Virus record (IMG/VR): IMGVR_UViG_3300048913_000097 | Strand: one strand, 5' to 3' | Source of the DNA: a virus | DNA: 50,010 bases | Part shown: positions 39,374 through 48,639 of the stretch, in pieces | Numbering within the stretch: position 1 is the first letter of the stretch | Layout of the letters: every line of letters starts with the position of its first letter | Translations under genes and position numbers: made by a program | Notes under the pieces: generated by a model | Databases searched by the model: none | Told to the model about the DNA's origin: nothing | What the model saw: only the letters and a program-made list of their open reading frames with translations

Positions 39374-40807
39374 TCACCGTGCAAACTGTTGCCCGCGCAT
39401 CAGCGATGTATTCACGCGGGCAACTGCTTCACCCCGTGTAATCTGGTCATCCCGGTTCACGTCCAATCCTGCGTTCGCAGCGTACTGAGCAGCATACGTA
39501 CCAACCTTCGTCCACATCACGTATGAGTCCGGACGACCCATCGCCACTGGCCACAGTACCGCCATATAGCAATCCCCTAGGTTCGTGATCCGACTCGCAT
39601 ACTGCGCAAAATACTTCTCGACGTAGTCCAACTGCTGAACGGCAGTCATGCGGCGCAGTGCAGTCGTCGTCGTCCCAAGCCCGCGCGCTGTGGTTTCGAG
39701 GAACTGGATCAGACCAGTCGCTGAACTGCCCGGATTACTGGTGGTCGGGTCGAACGTGTAACCCGTTTCGAACCCCATCACCGCCATCAACCAGTCGGGG
39801 TTAATATTCAGGTTATCACCCATCTGACGCACGCGTACACGGAAGTCCTGAGCTACCCGGGCACCCCATACCAGCACACCCGTGGCGTCGACAGAGTTCG
39901 GTATAGACCCCGGTGCAGGCGCTACCGCACCGGCACGAATCCCGTCGATCTCAGTCGTCCACAGGTTACCGTGACTGTCGCCACGTTGGCGCAGAGCGAA
40001 AATATTCCAGTCTCCGTTTGCTGTCGCGTCACCTGCGAGCTCAACAACATATAAGTTACCGGTGTTGTACGTCGCAAACTCACTTTGTAGAGTGATCCTA
40101 CCGTTAACCCTAAAATACGGATTCATCCTGACGCTTACGAACACACCCAGTCCGTTGGGACCTCCCGTAACTTCGGGAATACCTTGCATACCGGTGAATT
40201 GATTGACCAGTGTCGGGGTCACAGTGCGGGGGAAGTTACGGCGAGTGACGACCAGTCGACCACGTTCCTGCACCCAGTCGAAACCGTACGCGTACCCGAG
40301 GTCGAACAGGATCGTCGGGATGTCACCATTCGTGTTGTAACCGCTCACCAGCAGCGGTGAGTCGGCAAACTGCCCCTCGTCCACGTCGAGCTGGATGGGC
40401 CACGAGCGCGCCAGATCGCGCAGGACGTCGACGATCTTCGTACCCTTACCGTATGAACCCTGCGCAGACCCGCGATCCTTGACGGGGTCACCTGATTTGC
40501 ATATCAGGCGCGTCACGATCTCGGCAGATCCGGGGTCTCGCTCGCGCAGGACGTTGGTCACGTATCCGATGAATAGCGTATCGCTCGCGTCCTCAAACCC
40601 ACCACGGAACACAATCGACGAACCCTGTTGAATCGCCGTCGTCTTGAGCAGGTTATAAATTCGGATGTCGGCGAGTGATAACGCATCGCCCGGGCTGATC
40701 TGGATATCGAACACCACGCGGAACATCCGTAATCCGAACTGTGGTTCGATGTACGGTTCGCCGTTGATATCCATCGACCATGTACGACCGTTCATTCGGT
40801 CACCCAT
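39374..40807 (-). CDS. Tail hub protein with C-terminal lytic transglycosylase domain
   Basis: The C-terminus LMAVMGFETGYTFDP...SSATGLIQFLETTARGLG is SLT-like. The N-terminal ~300 aa are gpD/XkdQ-like in position. Confidence 0.8.
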   Translation of the reverse strand: MGDRMNGRTWSMDINGEPYIEPQFGLRMFRVVFDIQISPGDALSLADIRIYNLLKTTAIQQGSSIVFRGGFEDASDTLFIGYVTNVLRERDPGSAEIVTRLICKSGDPVKDRGSAQGSYGKGTKIVDVLRDLARSWPIQLDVDEGQFADSPLLVSGYNTNGDIPTILFDLGYAYGFDWVQERGRLVVTRRNFPRTVTPTLVNQFTGMQGIPEVTGGPNGLGVFVSVRMNPYFRVNGRITLQSEFATYNTGNLYVVELAGDATANGDWNIFALRQRGDSHGNLWTTEIDGIRAGAVAPAPGSIPNSVDATGVLVWGARVAQDFRVRVRQMGDNLNINPDWLMAVMGFETGYTFDPTTSNPGSSATGLIQFLETTARGLGTTTTALRRMTAVQQLDYVEKYFAQYASRITNLGDCYMAVLWPVAMGRPDSYVMWTKVGTYAAQYAANAGLDVNRDDQITRGEAVARVNTSLMRGQQFAR

Positions 40808-41088
40808 ACCAGATGGTTGGCGATACCGAGGTTATCTAGCGTCACTGGGTCACCAACGAAGACGAGTAGGCCGATCTTGGCGCGGTAATTCGCGATTACA
40901 TCGCACCCTGGCTCGAGCATCGCACCACGCACGAGCGGCGAGCCATCGCGAAACAGGTTCATCGACCATGCCGGGTTGTCGAGATACGATATGTAGTCGA
41001 TTTCGAAGTTGATCAAGTTCGAACCGAGTTGGACTGAGAAGCGCTGATGGGCATTCGTCGACCCGCTGAGAAGTGGAATTTCAACCAT
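40792..41088 (-). CDS. Small tail/baseplate assembly protein, 98 aa
   Basis: It lies in the tail module and overlaps both neighbours. Confidence 0.6.
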   Translation of the reverse strand: MVEIPLLSGSTNAHQRFSVQLGSNLINFEIDYISYLDNPAWSMNLFRDGSPLVRGAMLEPGCDVIANYRAKIGLLVFVGDPVTLDNLGIANHLVWVTE

Positions 41089-41744
41089 TAGAAAATACTC
41101 TCAAGGACCGAATCGACCTGTTTCGTAACAGCAGCCTTCGCATCAGCGACCATTTTCTGACCGCGATTGATCGCCCGGGTGGTCGCCGACTTCGATTGAT
41201 CGCCGTCACGCAGTTGATCGGGTGCAGGCGGACCGACGAACGAAATACGTTCCAGGGTGATCAGCTCTTGAAGATCCGCAACGAATATCAAACCGTTCTC
41301 GTTGCTTGGGTCTTTCGTGCGCGACAGACGAGTGATCACCATATTATTCAACGTGATGTCACCAGCATCAATGGTGAAGGGATCGCCCGATTGCATGAGA
41401 ACGATCAGAAACTGTAACGTGGTGCTGGCACGTGTCTCATCACTGCCCGCCAGGAAACCCGCTGACAAACCCGCAACAGTCGACACAAGTGGGTTATTCG
41501 TCAGGTTCGATAACGCACCGCCGAGGAAGTCGGTCAGTTGTACCTTGAGAGGATTATTGCTCACCGCTCCGACGAGCGACCATTTAAACGGTTGCAGGAT
41601 CCGATGATCCGCCACACGCACACCCGACTCAATCGGATAAGTCGTCACTTCCACCGTGGCTTCGAACGTGTCTTCCAGCACCGCGTCGAATGAGTAACCC
41701 GCGATGGTCGGCGCCTGTTTGGTGAAGAGTTGAACAATGCTCAC
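41088..41744 (-). CDS. Tail/baseplate protein, 218 aa
   Basis: It lies directly after the tape measure gene. No specific motif. Confidence 0.65.
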   Translation of the reverse strand: MSIVQLFTKQAPTIAGYSFDAVLEDTFEATVEVTTYPIESGVRVADHRILQPFKWSLVGAVSNNPLKVQLTDFLGGALSNLTNNPLVSTVAGLSAGFLAGSDETRASTTLQFLIVLMQSGDPFTIDAGDITLNNMVITRLSRTKDPSNENGLIFVADLQELITLERISFVGPPAPDQLRDGDQSKSATTRAINRGQKMVADAKAAVTKQVDSVLESIF

Positions 41745-41747
41745 GGG

Positions 41748-43091
41748 TTACCTCGACGTCGAAGAGCGGACGTCGTCGATTGTACTGTAATTGGCACGCT
41801 CTGTAACTTCGGTGATTTTGGCGTCGATGGCCTGACCATCAAGTGTGACGTTCAAGTTCACATTGTTGGAGACGTTCACCTTCGCCGCCTGGATCGCTTT
41901 CACCAATGCATCATTCGCTTCGTCAGACGCGGGTGTGACGTCTTTATACGGTGTCGGCATTGCATCGGGTGTGTAGTTCGACTGGTCGGGTAATTGCTGC
42001 TTGTCGTACCACGATGGGGTATTCGATGGTGACGTTTCGGTATTGAACAACCAATCGGAAAAATCGACGAGTTTACCGAGACCCATGTTACGGGCGCCTT
42101 GGTCCATATTTTGTTCAAATGATTTCAGACCTGGGAAATGTGTTTCGAGGGTATCGAATGTCACATCGGTAGCCAGTGTTGCACCTCCGACGATCATACC
42201 TGCTGTACCGACCTTGGACGCTGCACCCCCGAGGCTGGTCAGACCGAGCTTCGAGGTCAACGCGCCGAGCGCCGTCGCCAATGCACCACCGCCGAGCGCG
42301 ACTGTCGAACCTGGGTTCTCAGCGACTGTATCGATCACGCCCGAGATATCATCGCGATGTTTCTCAACAAACTGGTTCGCCCAAGTCGATAGGCTCACGA
42401 GTCCGGGGAGGGTTTTCTCAGTCAGCTCATTTGTAATACCGATCATGCGTAGGCCGAACTCGGCCATCTGGTCACTCAATTTTCGCGAATTATCGGTGAG
42501 CTGTGTGATCGTCCCTGTCAAGTCCTGAGAGCGCTGTACCAACGCTTCGAACTGCTGACTACCGTTGCTAATCGCCTTCATCGTGGCGTCGGACAGACCG
42601 AGTGACTTCTGAACGATTTGCCGCTGGTTATTATTCAGCTTGGGGAGTTGATCGGAAAGTTCTGACAGAAATCCTTCGGCGGTCGACTTGTTCGTCAAAT
42701 GGGTGATGTCCACCCCCGCATACGCAAGATCCGTAAACGGTCCCATTTCTTTTTTCAATTGCAGGTTTGTGAGTGCTTCCTCGATTCCACGTACTTCGGT
42801 CAGGGCAGCAGCCGCATCGCCGCCCATGAGCTTCATAGCGCCGCCCAGGTTCGATACGAACTGCTTATTTGTGTTCAGGTTCTGCGTGGCGAGGGAGAGC
42901 TGATCGACGCGTTGGGCGGTGTTGACAGCAGCACCCGCTACCCCAGCGAAAACCCCGAGGATAGCAGCGCTGATGCCGAGAGCGGACGTTTTAACCGATT
43001 GGAGACCTCGGTCAATATTTCTAGAACCTTTATCGAAGTCAGTGGTATCCCAGCCGATACCCACGAGGAAGCTGGTAAGAACGTTCGCCAT
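41748..43091 (-). CDS. Tape measure protein
   Basis: 447 aa, Ala/Gly/Leu-rich with hydrophobic patches, between the chaperone genes and the hub genes. Confidence 0.82.
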   Translation of the reverse strand: MANVLTSFLVGIGWDTTDFDKGSRNIDRGLQSVKTSALGISAAILGVFAGVAGAAVNTAQRVDQLSLATQNLNTNKQFVSNLGGAMKLMGGDAAAALTEVRGIEEALTNLQLKKEMGPFTDLAYAGVDITHLTNKSTAEGFLSELSDQLPKLNNNQRQIVQKSLGLSDATMKAISNGSQQFEALVQRSQDLTGTITQLTDNSRKLSDQMAEFGLRMIGITNELTEKTLPGLVSLSTWANQFVEKHRDDISGVIDTVAENPGSTVALGGGALATALGALTSKLGLTSLGGAASKVGTAGMIVGGATLATDVTFDTLETHFPGLKSFEQNMDQGARNMGLGKLVDFSDWLFNTETSPSNTPSWYDKQQLPDQSNYTPDAMPTPYKDVTPASDEANDALVKAIQAAKVNVSNNVNLNVTLDGQAIDAKITEVTERANYSTIDDVRSSTSR

Positions 43092-43328
43092 CTATTTCAC
43101 CGTGGTCATCTGCGCCACCCTGACGGCGACAAGTTCCTGAATTGTGACGTTGAAGCGTTCCACGTCAGCGAGGCTGTAAGTTCCGTCGTTCAACTGCGCC
43201 CAGGTGCACAGGGGAGGGCATACACCGTCCACCCCCGTGCATGGTCGCATCAGATACCAGTTGACTATGCTGTCGCGTTTACCGAGGCTGGGGGCTGCAT
43301 TGCGTCGTCGATGGCGCTTTGCAGCCAT
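43092..43328 (-). CDS. Tail assembly chaperone, possible -1 frameshift extension ORF
   Basis: It overlaps 43265..43672 by 64 nt and lies in the -1 frame relative to it, directly upstream of the tape measure gene. Confidence 0.4.
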   Translation of the reverse strand: MAAKRHRRRNAAPSLGKRDSIVNWYLMRPCTGVDGVCPPLCTWAQLNDGTYSLADVERFNVTIQELVAVRVAQMTTVK

Positions 43329-43672
43329 GAGGAAAAATCCCCGAGGTTGAACACCAACAGTTTCGCGAGTAGCTGATTGTATTCGACCATACGACCTGAG
43401 AAATCATCAACCGTCACGGGAATCGTGGTCCCGGCGATGAATACTTGGTTCATGATTATTTCGGCAATTTTCGTCTTGGTTGCATACTGCATGCCCATCA
43501 TCATGGTCGTGACAATGTGATCATCAATGGTCTTGCCGATTTTCGCGGCAACCATTGCACGACCGATCAGATCAGCGGTAAGCATGCTCAACAGTTCGTC
43601 CTGCTTCACCGCTGAGGCCATTGCCGCGTTGTACGTCTTGGCGCCGACGGTGAATGCTTTAACTTGGCTCAT
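43265..43672 (-). CDS. Tail assembly chaperone
   Basis: 135 aa between the tube and tape measure genes. Confidence 0.68.
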   Translation of the reverse strand: MSQVKAFTVGAKTYNAAMASAVKQDELLSMLTADLIGRAMVAAKIGKTIDDHIVTTMMMGMQYATKTKIAEIIMNQVFIAGTTIPVTVDDFSGRMVEYNQLLAKLLVFNLGDFSSWLQSAIDDAMQPPASVNATA

Positions 43673-43675
43673 CGA

Positions 43676-44083
43676 TTAACCCCGGGTCGCCGTCCAATTG
43701 TTGAACTCGAACATGAACTGATCGTCGTTGATGGTCATACCACCGCGACCACGCTCGCCGTCGTTCACCATCACACCTTCGACGCCGAGAGCAGTCTCGA
43801 GCGTTCCAATCTGAGTGTAAGTCAGCGTGATGTTGGCGTTCGACGTGTGGAGACCTTGCAAGTACGCCGAGTCGGGCGAACCTGGATTCAGGTACAGGCT
43901 CACCGCACGCCCCGGGTTGATCCGGTTGAGGCGAATGGCGTTACCGCCCTGGCCGCGCCGAAGCGCCGCCTTCGGATCGATTGGGGCGTCGGTGTACGGT
44001 GTGGCAGTCTCGCCCCAGTCTTTGATCTGACGACCGTTGACAGTGACGACACAGAGGTCCGTAGAGAAGTTCGATAGGCTCAC
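43676..44083 (-). CDS. Tail tube protein (DUF3277-like)
   Basis: 135 aa directly after the sheath gene. ...VVTVNGRQIKDWGE... Confidence 0.75.
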   Translation of the reverse strand: MSLSNFSTDLCVVTVNGRQIKDWGETATPYTDAPIDPKAALRRGQGGNAIRLNRINPGRAVSLYLNPGSPDSAYLQGLHTSNANITLTYTQIGTLETALGVEGVMVNDGERGRGGMTINDDQFMFEFNNWTATRG

Positions 44084-44094
44084 AGATGTTCCCC

Positions 44095-45234
44095 TTAGTA
44101 GACGTCGAGGTCGACGATGGCCGAATGGATTGCCCCGGCGCGGAACAGACGCATACGGATCGGCGCAGATTTACGGGCGTTACGATCAGCTTCCGACAGG
44201 TCGAGAATGTCCTCGGGTACGGTCAGGATTTCAAAGCCGAGGGTGTACGCTTCGAGACCATCGTCTGGGTTGATGTAGTTGCGCGGACCCAGGTAACCGT
44301 TCGAAATGAACTGTTGACCGATCTGACGAGCCGTACCCAGCAACACAGCTTGACCGACTGGCGTTTGTTGCAATTTGGTTGGTACGTTCGCCAGCGAGTT
44401 GTACAGTGCGGTGGTCAAGAAGTTGATGAACGCGTCGAGATTCACGACGTCATCGATAAACTCACCGTATGCACTGTGGGTTCTGGTATTGATCCAGCGT
44501 CCCGCATCGGTCGAACCCTGATTGTCCACGACCGTGTAGAACACAGCCTTGACGGTGTCGAGCATCATGTTCGAGTAAGCGGTATCAGTCAGATCCTCGG
44601 CGGTCACACTTGGGGATTTCTTGAACTCTCCAGTGATGGTCGACAGGTCCGCTGAATAGTTCACAGCGGCGAAGTGTTTCGCCAACGCGTTACCAGCGTA
44701 TGCATCGGTCGCATGCACAGGGGTGAACACGTGGCGGAACCCGGCAGTCGTGAAATCAATCGCGATGTTGCCCGCCGTGTTCGCACGGATCAGCCCAGCC
44801 GACGTACCGGTCTGGTTGTTGATGAACATCGAACCGTTATCTTCACACCATTGGGCGATCAGTGTAGCGGTCGCTTCAACTGCCAGAATCGGGGCGGTGA
44901 TGAGCGTCCAGTACCACCAGACGACGTTACGCGCTTTGTTCAGTGTAGCGGTGAAGGTCGCATCGGCAACGGCGGTTGCCCACACTTTGAGTTCACGTGT
45001 TGCCGGGGTACCACCAAGCCAACGCTGGGCAGCCTTGTACGTCTCGGTGGTGTCCGGGAAGTCAACCGCTAGAGCGGTCAGCGTGAAATAGGTACGGTAA
45101 GTGTCAGCGGTGAACCCGACAGGAAGCTCGCCATTCGGGGCGAACAACATCGCGCTTGCGAAGTTAGCTGTCCCGAGGCCCGCAGGTCGAATTCTCGTGT
45201 TGATCTGAATGACATTCGTTGCTGGGTAGCTCAT
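44095..45234 (-). CDS. Tail sheath protein (DUF3383-like)
   Basis: 379 aa upstream of the tube gene. GGAG 9 nt upstream. Confidence 0.8.
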   Translation of the reverse strand: MSYPATNVIQINTRIRPAGLGTANFASAMLFAPNGELPVGFTADTYRTYFTLTALAVDFPDTTETYKAAQRWLGGTPATRELKVWATAVADATFTATLNKARNVVWWYWTLITAPILAVEATATLIAQWCEDNGSMFINNQTGTSAGLIRANTAGNIAIDFTTAGFRHVFTPVHATDAYAGNALAKHFAAVNYSADLSTITGEFKKSPSVTAEDLTDTAYSNMMLDTVKAVFYTVVDNQGSTDAGRWINTRTHSAYGEFIDDVVNLDAFINFLTTALYNSLANVPTKLQQTPVGQAVLLGTARQIGQQFISNGYLGPRNYINPDDGLEAYTLGFEILTVPEDILDLSEADRNARKSAPIRMRLFRAGAIHSAIVDLDVY

Positions 45235-45257
45235 TTGCTAACTCCGAGAAGGTGTGT

Positions 45258-45284
45258 AATCCCGCGAGAGTCTATCACGGGATT
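45258..45284 (-). promoter_or_regulatory. Intergenic stem-loop between the tailspike and sheath genes
   Basis: AATCCCG-13 nt-CGGGATT, with no U-tract. Confidence 0.3.
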
Positions 45285-45298
45285 CGATGGTGTGACTA

Positions 45299-47518
45299 TC
45301 AACCCTGCATCAACCCATCTTTCTGCGATTCGATGAGGGTGGCAAGCACATTCGAAACATCCGTCAGGGTGGCTGTACCGGTAGCCGGTAGAGCGGTCAA
45401 TGTGGTATGCGTACCGGTCGTGATGCGTGCGGCGCTGGAAATGCCGAACTTAGTACTGCCGCTGTTCGTCATGACGTTACCGGTGGCTTGGTTTGATTTA
45501 TTTGCAAACTGGTAGACGTTCGTTACATCGTTGCCGATTACATAGGCGTTAGTGGTCCAACCGTTACCCACCACATCCATAAAGTTGGTGTTGAGAAACA
45601 GATTGGCGATGGCACCAAACCCAAACCCGGTACCCCCGCTTGAGCCTCGCATGTCGTTACTATTGACGCAGTTATTACCTGCTATCCGGACCGTTCGAAC
45701 GTTCCCTATGTTGATATCCCTGCCGCCATTGCTGTCGAACTCAAGACCTACGGCAATGAACTCCCCTGCCGCATTGTTATATGTAGAGTTCGATACGTTG
45801 AGCGCCGTCAGGTTTTGCCCACCGATCAACGTGCGACCGTTGCGGAACAGTTTGGTACCGGGTGCAACCCCGCCACGATATATACCTTGGATATTGATGC
45901 CGCTACCCGCGTTGTCGCCATATTCTCCCGCGCAGTTCCACGTGGGTTGCAGTCCTGACGCACCGAGGAAGGAAACACCGTGTCGAGCGTTGAACTGATG
46001 TTTCCCAAGCACCGTTACTTGATCCGCGCCAGAAACGCAGACTCCGCACATCTGCAATCCGCTTACATCGTTTGCAAGTCCAAGAACACCGTTTCCGAAA
46101 GAGGTGCATGCAGCATTAACCAGAACTCCTGGCGTGTTGATATAGTATCCATTGATACCGTTGTTGTTGGCGTGGCAGTCGTCAAATAGCCCGTCTGCGT
46201 ATTTGATCGAGAACGCCCCGGATGGCATCTCATAGCTGAATCCACTCCCGGAGCCGCCAGAGCCATTGTTTAATCCGTTGTTGTGCGCAATGCACCGCCG
46301 GAACGTGCCGCCGCAGCAATGGTAGTAGGTCATCCCCATGGACGAGTTGTTATAGGCCAAACAGTCTTCGACAACACCGTGACTATAGGTGCTGTAATCG
46401 CCGCGCACGTACGTAGCCCAGTTGGTCGTAATATTCAGGCCGTTGGCCAGATACTGCGTGGCGTCGCGAAAGATGCAGTTGGTGATTTTGTGGTTTCGGC
46501 ACTGACGCAGATTCAGACTGTCATAAACGCCATTGGCAAAATCAGTCTCGTGGATATTCAGATTATCGATGTAGTTGAACATCGGCGCTGGGAAAGTTGA
46601 AGGTAACACACCGGGACCAAGTCCCATACCTGCCAAGATGGCAGCACCGTTACCATCCCACTTATGACCGTTGCCGATGATCGTTACGTTGAGCAGTGCT
46701 GCGGTTGGCTGGGCATTCAGATCGTGAGCGAAAATTAATGGGGTTGCATAGGTCGTCGAGGTATTCACCACATCTGCCTGGAACTCATAGACAATCTGGC
46801 TGCAATTGAACAGAACCTGACTGGCAACCGTGTATTGACCACCAGTCACCGCTGAGAATATCACACGTGAGATTGCGCCATTACTGGCCACAACGGCGGC
46901 CACAACGGCGGCGAATACCGCAGAACAATCAATTCCAGCCGCCGCACCGGCCTGCTTAACGTCAATCGTTCCGTTATGGATCAGTGACCAGTAACCAGTC
47001 CCATCAGTAGATCGAAAAATAGTGACGCTGTTATTGGCTGGTGGGCTACCGGACACAGTAAACAAGTACGTACCACCACCCCCTGATCCGGCGGAATACT
47101 CGAAGGTACTAACACGTTGCCCGGTAGTCATCCCGGTCAGACCAATCATATTTGCAACGGTACTCACGGCTATGGCGCCATTACCTACCGATCCGGCACC
47201 CTTGCTCAAATCAGATATATTCGCTAAATCCGCAACATTAACCTTAGTCGCCAACGCATTATCGACCGTCGTGTGGTACGCCGGGTCGTTGTTGATCGCC
47301 GCTGCAATCTCAACCAGTCGATTCAAGTCGGTAGGCGCGCCACCATTCAATGCATCAACACGTGCCTGGGCGTCCAGCGCTGAAGCCGTTGTGGCGATGG
47401 TAGCGACCTGCTGGGCTGTGATCGTGACACTCGCACCGCCCACAACTGTCTCAAGCACCTCAGAACCTGCAAGGACGCCTGGGGATGGCGCTAAATCCAG
47501 TAGTGTTGCGGTTTCCAT
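45299..47518 (-). CDS. Tailspike / depolymerase with right-handed beta-helix (pectate-lyase-like)
   Basis: About 740 aa. Asn/Gly-rich periodic segments (NNSSMG, HNNGLNNGSGGSG, ANNNGINGYY, CVNSNDMRG) are typical of parallel beta-helix spikes. ATG 47518 has GAGGA 8 nt upstream; the track start is GTG 47524. Confidence 0.8.
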   Translation of the reverse strand: METATLLDLAPSPGVLAGSEVLETVVGGASVTITAQQVATIATTASALDAQARVDALNGGAPTDLNRLVEIAAAINNDPAYHTTVDNALATKVNVADLANISDLSKGAGSVGNGAIAVSTVANMIGLTGMTTGQRVSTFEYSAGSGGGGTYLFTVSGSPPANNSVTIFRSTDGTGYWSLIHNGTIDVKQAGAAAGIDCSAVFAAVVAAVVASNGAISRVIFSAVTGGQYTVASQVLFNCSQIVYEFQADVVNTSTTYATPLIFAHDLNAQPTAALLNVTIIGNGHKWDGNGAAILAGMGLGPGVLPSTFPAPMFNYIDNLNIHETDFANGVYDSLNLRQCRNHKITNCIFRDATQYLANGLNITTNWATYVRGDYSTYSHGVVEDCLAYNNSSMGMTYYHCCGGTFRRCIAHNNGLNNGSGGSGSGFSYEMPSGAFSIKYADGLFDDCHANNNGINGYYINTPGVLVNAACTSFGNGVLGLANDVSGLQMCGVCVSGADQVTVLGKHQFNARHGVSFLGASGLQPTWNCAGEYGDNAGSGINIQGIYRGGVAPGTKLFRNGRTLIGGQNLTALNVSNSTYNNAAGEFIAVGLEFDSNGGRDINIGNVRTVRIAGNNCVNSNDMRGSSGGTGFGFGAIANLFLNTNFMDVVGNGWTTNAYVIGNDVTNVYQFANKSNQATGNVMTNSGSTKFGISSAARITTGTHTTLTALPATGTATLTDVSNVLATLIESQKDGLMQG

Positions 47519-47528
47519 AGTCACATCC

Positions 47529-47684
47529 TCATTTGATTGAACGGGACGCGCCGCTCATAGTGGTACGAATCTTATCACCCATCGTTGACCGAATCACGGG
47601 GTCAGGTTCTTCCGGGATCGGCGCGACCCTCGACCCCCGTGTGAAAGTATTAATTCGTATGAAATTGGTCACCGGATAACTCAT
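47529..47684 (-). CDS. Small ORF, 51 aa, duplicating the C-terminal peptide of 47681..48286
   Basis: Below the track cutoff. ATG 47684 overlaps the upstream stop (ATGA). ...VAPIPEEPDPVIRSTMGDKIRTTMSGASRSIK. Confidence 0.45.
   Translation of the reverse strand: MSYPVTNFIRINTFTRGSRVAPIPEEPDPVIRSTMGDKIRTTMSGASRSIK
47546..47600. repeat. Direct repeat copy 1 (about 80 percent identical to 47704..47758)
   Basis: acgcgccgctcatagtggtacgaatcttatcacccatcgttgaccgaa... versus acgcgccacccatagtggtgcgaatactctcgctcatcgtcgaccgaa... Confidence 0.8.
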
Positions 47685-48286
47685 ACCATCACCCCGATTC
47701 GAAACGCGCCACCCATAGTGGTGCGAATACTCTCGCTCATCGTCGACCGAAATACCGGCTGAATCGGGGCCACATCGATCGTCTGCAACACATCACCGTC
47801 TTCGTTCTCGACGATCACGCTGGCGCTGAGGATATTGTTCACGTCGTTGATATTCGACACCTCGTAACCGAGACGAATCGAGATCTGCGCACGCTGCTCC
47901 CAATTGACCGACTGTAACGCTGTGAGGTTGTTGGCGGCTGACGTACCCAACCACCGTACCTTGGCGCGAAATAGATCCATCGACACGTCTGGGCGCTTGT
48001 TGCACTCCTTGAGGCGTTCAACCCGTGCCATTGCGTCACCCCGGTAGAAATTCACACTTGCTGTGGCGATAACCTGGGCGCGCACGTCAACGGTTACGAG
48101 GTCGCCGATCTTGTCGAGCGAGTAGATGTGAGCTTGTCCACGCTGGTCGATGCTCTGACGTGGTCGAATCGATGCGTATTCACCTGTGGGCGACTTGGCG
48201 TTCTGGTCTGCAAGGATGCACTCAGGAACGCCCGTCACGCGCATGATGATCGGTCGTAGGATGGCGAAAAGCTGTTCGTTGGTCAC
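47681..48286 (-). CDS. Neck / tail terminator-like protein
   Basis: About 200 aa. GTG 48286 overlaps the upstream stop (GTGA), with GAGGA upstream; the track start is GTG 48313. The position fits a neck protein. Confidence 0.65.
   Translation of the reverse strand: MTNEQLFAILRPIIMRVTGVPECILADQNAKSPTGEYASIRPRQSIDQRGQAHIYSLDKIGDLVTVDVRAQVIATASVNFYRGDAMARVERLKECNKRPDVSMDLFRAKVRWLGTSAANNLTALQSVNWEQRAQISIRLGYEVSNINDVNNILSASVIVENEDGDVLQTIDVAPIQPVFRSTMSESIRTTMGGAFRIGVMV
47704..47758. repeat. Direct repeat copy 2
   Basis: See copy 1. This copy encodes the C-terminus of the neck protein. Confidence 0.8.
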
Positions 48287-48639
48287 TGGTCGTCGATCCT
48301 CGATACGATGCACTTGCAGTAGTCACGCCAGTATCGATTATCGCACCGATGCGCCTTCCATGTCTGACCGAGGAACGTCCACGTACCGGTCTGGTCGATC
48401 AGTTGCATGTTGCCGTCGTTGATGTAGATCCGGCGTGGGTCGACGATACGCTCCCCGCCTTGTGACAAGAAGTCGAGTTCGCGCTCACTCACCGGCTGGA
48501 TATTCACGATGTAATCGGATGTGGTCGTCGAGCCGGGTACGAATATCCCGTCGACGTAGCCGCCGCCAGTCATCGCGGTACGGGTTGCAGGGACCGAGAC
48601 GAATACCGCGTCGATATGTCCGGTCATCAGCAAACTCAT
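48283..48639 (-). CDS. Head closure / head-tail joining protein
   Basis: 118 aa between the gp10-like and neck genes. ATGA overlap with the upstream gene. Confidence 0.62.
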   Translation of the reverse strand: MSLLMTGHIDAVFVSVPATRTAMTGGGYVDGIFVPGSTTTSDYIVNIQPVSERELDFLSQGGERIVDPRRIYINDGNMQLIDQTGTWTFLGQTWKAHRCDNRYWRDYCKCIVSRIDDQ

